A stretch of DNA of 44,396 bases from Octopus bimaculoides (lineage: Eukaryota): NCBI RefSeq assembly GCF_001194135.2, contig NC_068996.1, positions 21,610,570 to 21,654,965 on the forward strand, read 5' to 3'. Every line of letters begins with the position of its first letter. Within the stretch, counting starts at the first letter, position 1. The translations under genes and the position numbers were made by a program. Below, piece by piece: positions 1-11,299 of the stretch. The notes under the pieces were generated by a model. That model worked only from the letters and a program-made list of their open reading frames with translations, did not search any database and was not told where the DNA came from.

Positions 1-47
<47 letters not shown>

Positions 48-51
48 CATA

Positions 52-1306
52 CAATGGTTGGACAAAATAATAGCATCATAATTTTGAAATATCTATAAAA
101 CCGTCAAAAGCTTGTTTATTTTAAAGTTTTTGATTTATTATCAGTGTTGTTTAATATGTTTTGCTAAAATTGCTGTCTCTTTTCAGATATCATCACAAAA
201 AGGTAATTAAAATTCAATAAAATGACAGATCTATCAGACTTTCAAAGAGGTCAAATTGTCAGTGCTCATAAGCCAGGTGCTAGCATAATGAAAACAGCTG
301 AAATGTTTGGTGCATCAAGAAGTACTGTCTCGAAAGTAATGACAACCTTTGAGAAAGAGGTAAAAACCTCTTTGTCGAAACAAAACTCCGGAAGAAGACC
401 AAAACTTTCAGACAGGGACCATTGGACTCTTACGCAAATTGTTAGAAAAGACCACAAAAGTACAGCTCCCAAAATTACTGCAGAGCTAAATGACCACCTC
501 GAGAACCCAGTTTCCACAAAAACTGTTTGCCGGGAGCTGCACAAAACCAGATTTCATGGGAGGGCTGCAATCAGAAATCCACTACTTTCAAAAACAAATG
601 TTGCAAAGTGTTTAGAGTGGAGTAAAAACCTACAGAATTGGTCCCTAGAGCAGTGGAAGAATTTTATTTTCTTGGACAAGTCATCCTTTACCTTATTTCT
701 GACCACCGGCCGAGTATACATGTGGAGACAGCCAAAAGACACATGTGACCCAGACTGCCTTCTTTCAACTGTTAAACATGGAGGAGGATCTATGATGATC
801 TGGTGGGCTATATCTTGGAAATCTGCTGGCCCAATGGTTTACCTTCATTGCAGAAATAATAGTCAAGACTATTTAAGCATTTTATCTGATCAAATTCATC
901 CCATGGTTGTGGAACTGTTTCCGGAGGGCAACGCAATCTTTCAGGATGATAATGCACCAATCCACACAGTTAAAGTTGTTACTGAATGGCACGAGGAACA
1001 TTCTAATGAAGTTGAACATCTTATCTGGTGACCACAGTCCCCAGATTTCAATATTATTGAACATTTATGGTGCATTTTCGAAAAACAAATAAGGAGTCGA
1101 TATCCTCTACCATCATCACTACAAGAACTGGAGACTGTTTTAGCTGAAGAATGGACAAAAATTCCTTTGGAAACAATTCAAACTTTGGATGAGTCCATAC
1201 CTCATAGAATTCAAGTCGTAATTACTGCCAAAGGCGGTCCTACCCCATATTAAAATAAATTTTGTTTGAAATTTTAAGAAATTTAAGATATTTTGTCCAA
1301 CCCCTG
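52..1306 (+). mobile_element. Full-length Tc1/mariner DNA transposon, DD36E (Incomer-like)
   Basis: Imperfect TIRs CAATGGTTGGACAAAATA (52-69) and TATTTTGTCCAACCCCTG (1289-1306), with TA on both sides (50-51, 1307-1308). Encloses a transposase frame. Confidence 0.93.
222..1253 (+). pseudogene. Tc1-family transposase, 343 codons with one in-frame TGA at 1029-1031
   Basis: ORF 222-1031 (HTH region, GRRPKL, VKHGGGSMMIW, FQDDNAPIH) continues in the same frame after the stop: PQSPDFNIIEHLW...AKGGPTPY-TAA (1251-1253). Confidence 0.92.
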
Positions 1307-1477
1307 TATGTATATATATATATATATATATATATAGTCATATATATATATATAGGCATATGTGTGTATATATATATATATATATACACACACATACACA
1401 ACCATACAATAATACCAAAATGAACATCCTTACTTAACTCTGAATATGTAGAAAGACTGCAGATAAAGCAAGCTTAC

Positions 1478-1607
1478 CTTTGCCAACTCATTCTCAACAA
1501 CATCACTGCGTAGTTGTGCAGCATCAAGCTGTGTGTAAAACCTTGCACCAATCATTGGCATTATATCGTTAACACTGCGCTGTCGTCGTTGCGATCCCAT
1601 TAGGTAT
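1478..1607 (-). CDS. PAN3: PAN3 internal exon: (L)YLMGSQRRQRSVNDIMPMIGARFYTQLDAAQLRSDVVENELAK
   Basis: CAG acceptor 1610-1608, GTAAGC donor 1477-1472, phase fits the exon at 8000. Matches the PAN3 motif RSVNDIMPMIGARFYTQLDAAQ. Confidence 0.96.
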
Positions 1608-1924
1608 CTGCAATGGATTTATTAAAAATAGTAAAAGCAGGGCACATACTTACAATAAACATATACATGCATGTATTCATATAGATACACACACATACAT
1701 ATGTATCCTCTACATATTTTGAGCACATCTTTCTGGGATACAGGGATCCCAGACGGACAGACAGAATTTTGCTTTTATTATTATTATACACACACACACA
1801 CATAATCACTCAACATTATAAGGAGTGTACTAATAACTGGGAAGATGAAGATAAGAAGATAGTAGTGATGGTGTACCAGAGTAAACTATTAAGGTGTGTG
1901 TGTGTATGTATGTATGTATGTATG

Positions 1925-1960
<36 letters not shown>

Positions 1961-2844
1961 CATTCTTTAACTTGTTTCAGTCATTTGACTGCAGCCATGC
2001 TGGAGCACTGCCTTAAAGGATTTTTAGTTGAAAAAATTGACTCCTGGACTTATTCTTTGTAAGCCTTAGTACTTATTCTATCAGTGTCTTTTGCCGAATC
2101 ACTAAGTTATGAGGGATGTAAACACACCAACACTGGTTGTCAACTGAACATGGTGGGAACAAACACAGATACAAAGACACACACACATAGATTCCATATC
2201 TGTTCCTGTGTACCCTTCTCTCTCTTTCTCCACCAAACTTCAAATCATTTATTTCCCATCTATTTACAGTTCTATTATACTGCTGCTCTTCATTCTTTCT
2301 GTAATTCCACTTATCATCTCATGTAGCTACATCTTGTGATTGCAATAGTTCAATCTTAAGCACATGCTTTTTAACTTATTGCACTCTGCTTTTAAGGCCT
2401 CATACAAGGGAAGTCACTCTCAGAACTACTTCTTAGGACATTGTATAGTTGATATCCCAACCTGTCCAACCACCAGTGGTTCCATGATAGAAACTTCATG
2501 TGTAAAATAATCTAAATTAAAACCTTCCATCAAAATTTCACATTAATTAATGTCTTAAACACCAGCTTAATTAATGACAAAGTTTTTTTTTTTACTAAAT
2601 TCTTTATTATGTTCAAAATTAATTGAAACAAATGTTGAGTATTTCAACAGAAATTCAAATGGATTAAAGTAAAATAAAACCTTCCATCAAAATAGAGGTG
2701 CAAAAAAACATTTTGTTTATGCTTGTATCTACCGGGCCATGCCCCTACATCTACTATATATGTATACATACACACACATATTGACATAGATATATATATC
2801 TGTATACACAAGCATATACATGCATCATGCATATATATAAGCTG

Positions 2845-3062
2845 AAAGGCGATGAGCTGGCAGAGTCGTTAGCACGCTGGACGAAATACTTAGTGGTATT
2901 TCACCTGTCACTACGTTCTGAGTTCAAATTCCGCTGAGGTCGATATAGCCTTTCATCCTTTCAGGATTGATAAATCAAGTACCAGTTACATACTAGGGTC
3001 AATTTAATTGACTTAATCCCTCCCCCCAAATTTGAAGCCTTGTGCTTCCAGTAGAAAGGATA
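2845..3062 (+). mobile_element. tRNA-headed SINE, family A
   Basis: A-box-like GAGCTGGCAGAGTCGTTAG and B-box-like GAGTTCAAATTCC. Shares its body with the copies at 18455 and 29586. Confidence 0.8.
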
Positions 3063-3109
3063 TATATAAAATGTACATACACATACACCTGATGATTGCA
3101 GTGATATAA

Positions 3110-3162
<53 letters not shown>

Positions 3163-3649
3163 CTAGCTTAAAAGCCACACTCCATGTGGACCTTTAAGCA
3201 GGCTCCTGCAGAGGGCTAAGAGAGCTAAATAGCATGACTATAATACATCTATAAAGACTATATGCCCCGGTGGTGTTTGATCAGAGGTTAAGGATGGACG
3301 AGAATTCTGTAACGCAATCAAATTTCAAGTTGAATTCCAACTGTTGGCCAATCTGTCCCGAAATTCTTATCTCTATGTAAAATTAATGAAGTGAATGTCT
3401 CCAACTTGATCTGTGATGTCATCTGACAAATGTCAACCAAGATGGCATAAATCAGCCAAGCTTTACCTGCTAGAAATAGCAACCTAAATGCATTTAAATC
3501 AGAGCCCAATGATGGATGTTCAAGAACCAAATGAAGGGCAGATTTTCAATCCCAGGATCATCCTTATTCCAAAAAGCTATATGTCTATGTAGAGCAAATG
3601 TGCACTAAGATACAGGGGTCCCAGATGGATAGACAGAATTTTACTTTTA

Positions 3650-3680
<31 letters not shown>

Positions 3681-5019
3681 NNNNNNNNNNNNNNNNNNNN
3701 NNNNNNNNNNNNNNNNNNNNNNNNNNNNNNNNNNNNNNNNNNNNNNNNNNNNNNNNNNNNNNNNNNNNNNNNNNNNNNNNNNNNNNNNNNNNNNNNNNNN
3801 NNNNNNNNNNNNNNNNNNNNNNNNNNNNNNNNNNNNNNNNNNNNNNNNNNNNNNNNNNNNNNNNNNNNNNNNNNNNNNNNNNNNNNNNNNNNNNNNNNNN
3901 NNNNNNNNNNNNNNNNNNNNNNNNNNNNNNNNNNNNNNNNNNNNNNNNNNNTATATATATATACACACACACACACATACGTGTGTGTGTGTGTGTGTGT
4001 TTCACTGTCTCCTTGACTTTGTGTGATTGATAATTGTAAAACAAGTGTTACCATCATCCAAACAGTGCCCTTTGTTTCCGATCTTCTGTGAAAGCATGTC
4101 TGGTCATGGGGAATATTACTTTGCTTAGAAACAGGAATGCATTAGTGTCAGGAAGGGCATCTAGCTGTAGAAAATCTGCTTCAACAAATTCTATCCAGCC
4201 CATGCAAACATGGAAAAGTAGACATTAAACAATGATGATGATGATCGCTTGGGTGTTGTGATACTAATAACCCGGTGTAGAATTTGACATATATATGCTT
4301 CAGATTGCAGTGTTAGTCAAGTACAGAACAGTAATAAGAAAATGAGGTGACAAAGGAAGAAAGGATGATCTTATGAACTTTATTAGCTAACGAAGTTCGT
4401 AAGATAGTTGTTTATTCCTTTGCCAGCTAATTTTATTATATATATTAATAAACACACACAAACACATATATAAACATACATACATATATATACATATATA
4501 CATATACACACATATGAAATTCAGCATCATCATTTTATGGGCCCATTTCTATGTTTGCATTGTTGAATGGTGTATACTTGAGACAGGTTTTCTACAGCTA
4601 GAAGACATTCCTATTACCATCCCTCCCTTTTTCCAAGGTAGGTAAAATTTCCCATGGCCAGACATGTTCCTGAACACTGGTAATAATGACACTGCTTGTA
4701 TGACAGTGACATTCATTTACAACTACCATGTAGTGTAAAGACAAGGTCACACATACATACATACATACATATATATCTGATGGGCTTCTTCCAGCCGCTG
4801 ACCACCAAACTGACTTAGAGCTATAGTATAAGACACTTACCTAATGTGCCATGCAGTAAGACTGAACCCAGAACTATATAGTTGGGACACAAATGTCTTG
4901 CCACGGAGTAGATATATGTATGTTTATATATTTCATTTCATAACGAGGTGGACCTAAGTCATATGTAGTTTGACTTTGCACTCAGAAGAGGTATTACAGA
5001 TGAAACCTTCCTGATGGGG

Positions 5020-5300
5020 TAACTTCAGGTTTGAGTAAACCATTATTTTTGGTATTCACTGACTTGGAAAAAGCATTTGAAAGAGTACCACATTCAGTAA
5101 TTTGATGGTCAAAGTTGGTGCAAACAAAAGACTTGTGAGGACTGTACTAGCTATGTTTAAAGGTGCAGTAAGTAAAATGAAAGTCAACAACAATTTCAGT
5201 GATGAATTTAGTATGAAGATGGGAATCCATCTATACCAAATACTCAGCCCTCTCTTACTTATGATATTCCTTCAGACTATTATAGTATCACAGTATTGAC
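5020..5300 (+). mobile_element. Short decayed RTE-type LINE RT fragment
   Basis: Reads FTDLEKAFERVPHSVI, then an RT-like continuation (KGAVSKMKVNNNFSDEF..KMGIH). Confidence 0.65.
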
Positions 5301-6960
5301 CAGACCATCAGATACTGTTATGCACCACTGGTCACAATGCACTTCCAATTTTGTCTTGAATACGCTATTCTTTTCCATTTTGACCCAAACTGCTTGACTC
5401 CATCATCTTCCCATTGTCATGGAGGCCTTTTCTGATCTCTTGGATATAACTTGGTAACTGCACTGGTTCACCTGTTGTCTGTGAACCTTATGACATGTCC
5501 AGTCTAGCAGAACTTGTACTTTCAATACTCTGTAATCACATCATTCATTCCACTCCATTCTTGAATTATCTCAATTTGAATGTGCTCTCTTAGTAATGTC
5601 ACTAGTATGGATCTTTCCATGGCCCTTTGTGTCGTAGCCAATTGGTATCCTGTCATCTGTGTAGTAGCCCACATCTCACTTGCATATAAGGCTGCAGGTA
5701 GGACGGTATTATTGAAAAGTCTGGAACATATAACATTGTCTAGCTTTGCTTGGAGCACAACCTTTATTGGGTTAAACGCCTTCCATCCTTCACTTATTCC
5801 CTTGAAATTTCAGCATCCATATCTTGGTGCATATTCACCATATACCCTAAGTAGATATACGCCTTTACATCCTCAATTTCATTGCTTGCCATCTCTATAT
5901 GGCCTTGAGTTAGGTCTTCTGAAAGCATATATATTTGTTTTTGTGTGGTTTATTTTAAGACCTGTGGAGGCGCAATGGCCCAGTGGTTAGGGCAGCGGAC
6001 TCGTGGTCATAGGATTGCGGTTTCGATTCCCAGACCGGGCGTTGTGAGTGTTTATTGAGCAAAAACACCTAAAGCTCCATGAGGCTCCAGCAGGGGATGG
6101 TGACGAACCCTGATGTACTCTTCCACCACAACTTTCTCTCACTCTTATTTCCTGTTTCTGCTGTACCTGTAATTCAAAGGGTCACACTGTGTCACGCTGA
6201 ATATCCCCGAGAACTACGTTAAGGGTACACGTGTCTGTGGAGTGCTCAGCCACTTGCACGTGAATTTCACGAGCAGGCTGTTCCGTTGATCGGATCAACT
6301 GGAACCCTCGACGTCGTAAGCGACGGAGTGCCAACATTTTAAGACCTACTGCTAAGCTCTGAGTGTCCAACTCTGTCAGCATGGTCTAAACCTGATCTGT
6401 GGCTTTAGTGGGGAGTACAATGTCATCTGCAAACCAGAGGTGTGTTAGTTGCTTGCCACTGATGTTCACACCACCTGTCCATTTAATGCCTTTGATGACC
6501 GTTTCTAGATATGCAGTGAAGAGCTTTGAAGAGATGGTGTATCTTTGTTTGACACCCTTCTCAATTGTGACTTTTACTGGTGGTGATAGCAGAGCTGTGT
6601 CTATTGTGCATTCAGAGTTTGTATTTCTGAGCAGTTTGATGTATAGTGCTTTGATACCTTGCTTTCCCAGAGATTTCAACACTGCATTTATCTCAAAGCT
6701 ATTAAAGGCCTTTACATAACCAACAAAAGTGATACATAGAGGAAGTTGTATTCATTCACTCATTCTATGAGCTGTGTTAGAATGAATATCTGATCTATTG
6801 TACTATAGTTCTTATGGAAATCTGCTTGCTCTCTTGGCTGTTGGCTATCAAGATGTTTTGATAGGCTGGTGATTATGACCCTTGTAAACAGCTTATACAG
6901 GTGAGATAAGAGGTATATGGAACAATCTTCTTTATCACCTTCCTTGTCGATCAGGATGAT
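5300..6960 (-). mobile_element. RTE-clade LINE fragment (RT domain), split by a SINE
   Basis: ORFs 6386-6682 (KGVKQRYTISSKLF...HLWFADDIVL) and 5522-5758 (LFNNTVLPAALYASEMWA). GLKINHTKT is restored across the SINE once one TSD copy is removed. Confidence 0.88.
5964..6335 (+). mobile_element. tRNA-headed SINE, family C, with 12-bp TSD
   Basis: TGGCCCAGTGGTTAG and GTTTCGATTCC Pol III boxes. TSD ATTTTAAGACCT at 5952-5963 and 6336-6347. Confidence 0.9.
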
Positions 6961-7999
6961 ATTTGAATCTTTCGACTGAGAGGGTATTTTACCCTCCTTC
7001 AGATAGCAATTGAAGCATTGAACAGATGTGTCCTTTGCTTCATATTCTCCTCAAATTACACTACCAAACACCAACTGCAGTTCTTCCTTAAAACCCATCA
7101 TTAGTGCTGGTGCCATGATAAAAAAAAAAAAAAAAGCACCCGATACACTCTGTGAAGTGGTTAATGTTAGGAAGGAGCATCAAGCTGTAGAAACCATTCC
7201 AAAGCAGACATTGGAGCACAATGATGATAATGATGATGACTGATGTGTGCTGTGCGTGTGCATGTATATATATATATATATATATATATATCACCTTCAT
7301 CATCATTTAACTCATGGCTTGAGTTGACTGGTTTAACAGGATCCAGTGGGTCCAAAGAATGCATCCTGCTCCATTGTCTGTTTTGGTATGGTTTCTATGG
7401 CTGGATGTCCTCCCTAATGATAACCACTTTACAAAGTACACAGGGTACTATTTTCATGACATCAGCACTAGTGAGGTGCCAAGCAGTCTGCATGACAAAG
7501 GTACTACTTCATTGAGTGGGGAAACGGTAGAGAGAAAGGTGGCTTTAAACTAGGAGATGAGGGGTTAAAATGTGACAGAAGAGGCCAGGGTTCTTGCTGT
7601 AAAGGTTGGGTGGAGAGGAAGAAAAGTAAAAATGGTGGTGATGAGGTGTCAGGGTGGATCCTTGAGGTACAAGTGGATAGGAATGAGTATGACAGTGTAA
7701 GAATGTATGGAAGGAGAGAGGAGGTACACAACAATTGTGAAGATTGGGTTGAAGAGTGGTTGAGAGTAACTAGGATGGAGCTGGAATAAGATAAAAGTAG
7801 TGTTGATGAGGTGGACGCTTCAGACATGAGGCATTTGAAGTTGTGGAAGACAGCAGAATACTAAGTGTTGGGGTGTGTATTATAAACAATATAGTTTCCA
7901 TTGAAGCAAACATCAAACACTATTAACAAACATACTGAACATCCAGTCTTATAAACCACATTATGAAGCAAACAAAAGTAAAAAAAAAAGAAAACATAC

Positions 8000-8139
8000 A
8001 AGATTAAATTCTTCAAATCTGTTGAATAATTGCGTGCCACAAGCTCCAGCGAGTTCGAAACCTGCTCACGCTGTATTGCCATGATGGAATTGCATGCTAA
8101 AGCAAGCACAACTTTACCCAAGGCAACAAGATCTTCTTG
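8000..8139 (-). CDS. PAN3: PAN3 internal exon: QEDLVALGKVVLALACNSIMAIQREQVSNSLELVARNYSTDLKNLIL
   Basis: TTTTCAG acceptor and GTATGT donor, 140 nt. Matches PAN3 LGKVVLALACNS...NYSSDLKNLIL. Confidence 0.96.
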
Positions 8140-8606
8140 CTGAAAATAAACAAAAGATATATTTTAAATGTAACACTCACGGGACAAACATTTCTGTCAG
8201 TTTACAAATTCATTATCATTATCATTATCATCATTGTATAGTCAAGACAAGAGTATGTTGAGGCAGAGTTTTTCACAACCATAGGCCCTTCCTGTTGAAA
8301 ACACTTACCACCCATTTCCATGTGGAATAATAATCTTCTAGTCTATTTAATCTGTTTCCCTTTATTCCTTCCACTCCATCTCTTCCTAGCACCTCTTTCT
8401 CTCTCTCACATTTTTAAGAATACCCCTGTTTTCAGCATCAGTTCCTTCTTTTTCTCTTTCCTCCCCCCCCCCTTTTTTTTGCTCTCTATTTCCCTTCCAG
8501 AAACTGTCTGTCCATCTTCAAGCATTTGATCTGTGTAAAACACAATGTATTAAAATGTGTCCCTGAATAATCAACTGCAGAGAATGCAAATAAGTAAAAC
8601 CACAAT

Positions 8607-8639
<33 letters not shown>

Positions 8640-8855
8640 GGGAACAAGTGGTGCAAGCTGCATCTTGTATTTATCAAACTTTATCCTACATCTGATCTGT
8701 ATATCATAACCAGTAACACTGCTAAGTAACAACAACACTCTACTGAAAGTGAACTTGATGATGATACTTTATGCAAAGCTCTAAACTCACTAGTAGCAGT
8801 TATATATCTAACTGCACACACAAGAAACACTATATATAAGTAGTACATACACACA

Positions 8856-10440
8856 CATCATCATCGTTTAACATCCACTTTCCATGCTAGCATGGGTTGA
8901 ACGATTTGACTGAGGACTGGTGAACCCAGATGGCTACACCAGGCTCCAATCTGATCTGGCAGAGTTTCTACAGCTGGATGTCCTTCCTAACGCCAACCAC
9001 TCAGAGAGTGAAGTGGGTACTTTTACGTGCCACCGGCACGATGGCCAGTCAGGCGGTACTGGCAACGGCCACACTCAAAATGGTGTATTTTACATGCCAC
9101 CTGCACAGGAGCCAGTCCAGCGGTACTAGCAACGAACTCCCTCAAATGTCTTTTCACGTGCCAGGAAGGCGACATTGGTAACGGTCACGCTCAAATGGTG
9201 CTATTTATGTGCCACCAGCACGAAAGCCAGACAGCTGGTGCTCTGGCGACCATACCAGCACAGCCATCTCTCTTGCACACCACATCTGATGCTTCTTATG
9301 TCCAACTTTTCTCTCTGTGTGCTTACACTCTGTTGTGTATGCACACTGACATTATACAACCAGTGGAGCATACTAGCTTCATTTCTTTCAAACCTACACA
9401 TGTCCTTAGCAGTCACAGCCCATGTTTCACTGCCATGTAGCATGGCTGTTCGCACACAGGCATCTTACGGTTTACCTTTCATTCTGAGCGAGAGGCCTTC
9501 TGTTAGCAGTTGAAGTAGGAGCTTGCTGAACTTTGCCCAGGCTATTCTTATTCTAGCAGCCACCCTCACTACTGACTTGGTCACCTAGGTAATGGAAGTT
9601 ATCAACTACTTCTATTTTTTTCCCTTGGTATATGATGGAATCTATTTTCTGTACATCTTTGGTATTTATTGGCCCTGTGCCACACACAAAAACTATCTTA
9701 CCAGTTAACCTTCTTTTGATATTGCTGTACCTCTTATGTGTCCATAGCTTACACTGGGTACATCTTATAGAGTTTCTACCTATGCCTTTTCTACAAATCA
9801 AGCAGGGCCATCTACTTGAAGGGATTTGTGATTTGTCTGCCTTCCTACTTATTAAAACTTTGGCTTTTGCTAGATTGACTCTAAGGCCCTTCTATTCTAG
9901 ACCTTGCTTCCACACCTGAAACTATTCTAGGTCTGGTAGTGACTCGGCTATTAGAGTAAGGTCATCAGCATAGAGGAGCTCCCAGGGGGAGCCTGTCTTG
10001 AATTCCTCTGTTATTGCCTGGAAGACTATGATAAATAGGGGGTGGCTGAAGACCAATCCTTGATGAACCCACTACTTCTACCCAGAATTCTTCACTATAC
10101 TCATTGCCAACCCTTACCTTACTGACAGCATCCATGTACATGGCTTATACAGCTCTCACCAACCACTCATTTATCCCTAGTTTCTGCATTGACCACCAGA
10201 TAAGGGATTGGAGGACTCCGTCAAAGATTTTCTCCTGCAGCTGTCTTACCAGAAATATAGTATCAGTGGTCTAAACTAACTCTCTCCCTAATTAGTTGGG
10301 CTATGACCCTCTCTGTGACTTTCACCTGATCCAACAATTTGACACCTCTGTAATTATTCCTATCTAATGCGTCACCTTTACCTTTGTAGCTATGATGCTA
10401 CTACACCAGTCAGTGGATATGACACCTTCATGTATCACCT
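8856..10440 (-). mobile_element. 5'-truncated RTE-clade LINE with 3' UTR and (GAT)n tail
   Basis: RT remnants: ELLYADDL-like at about 9960-9985; CRKGIGRNSIRCTQCKLWTHKR; MLHGSETW. The UTR ends in AAACGATGATG on the minus strand at about 8856. Confidence 0.87.
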
Positions 10441-11299
10441 AGTTGACTATACAGGTAACTAGACTATGGCCTACACTGCCAGATATTCTAAGCAGACTAT
10501 AGACTACACCGCACAGAAAAAAATACATATATATTATACACACACATATATTTGTATACACGCGTGTGTTTATGTATATGATTATCATCACCATCCACTT
10601 TTCCATGCTTGCATTTGTCAGACAAAATTAGGGGTTATTCCATGTCAAATCACCCAGTTTCAGAAAAATTTCCCAGGTCATCCCTTCAGATACCCCGAAA
10701 AAATTCACACTAGCTCTTGTACCTATATGATGGAAAATTATCAAGTATTTGGTCAATATCTTCAATAGTTTTGAAATTGTAGGCCTTTAAAATATTAATT
10801 AATAATACATGTTTTTCCGAATGAACCCCTTGGACCAACTTGAGCCAGCCATTTCTCCTCTAATAAGGTAAGCACAATTTTGAAATCATGTGTTTGGGGC
10901 TAACTTTTTCTGTAGAGTTCAAATATCTTATCAAATCAAATGTGTCATGTATATTTTTCCATCTACAGGCCTCTGAAAATTACCAAGAATTAAATGTCCA
11001 GCAAATGTATGCCTCTTTTAGGTATTTTTATTGCAATTGGCACACTAGTTAAAGCAACCACAATTGTTTTCCAGTTACTTAGCATAGAGTAGACCATTTC
11101 TGAGCAATAACCACGTTAGTTACTATTATGGAAATGCCAGAATAATTTTTCAAAAAGTGCCCACTTTGATGCCCTTAGCTTGACCATGTGGGCAGGTCAC
11201 TATTATTTTCAAATTTTTACCATACATTCTTATACTTCTAAAGATGATGTGACAGAAATTTGGTTTCGTTGCTGAGCTTCCTTTCAGAGTTATGAATTT

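Noticed and set aside
3164-3200. Short hairpin GCTTAAAAGCCACA-CTCCA-TGTGGACCTTTAAGC
   Set aside because: Short and imperfect, within chance expectation for this window, with no supporting context.
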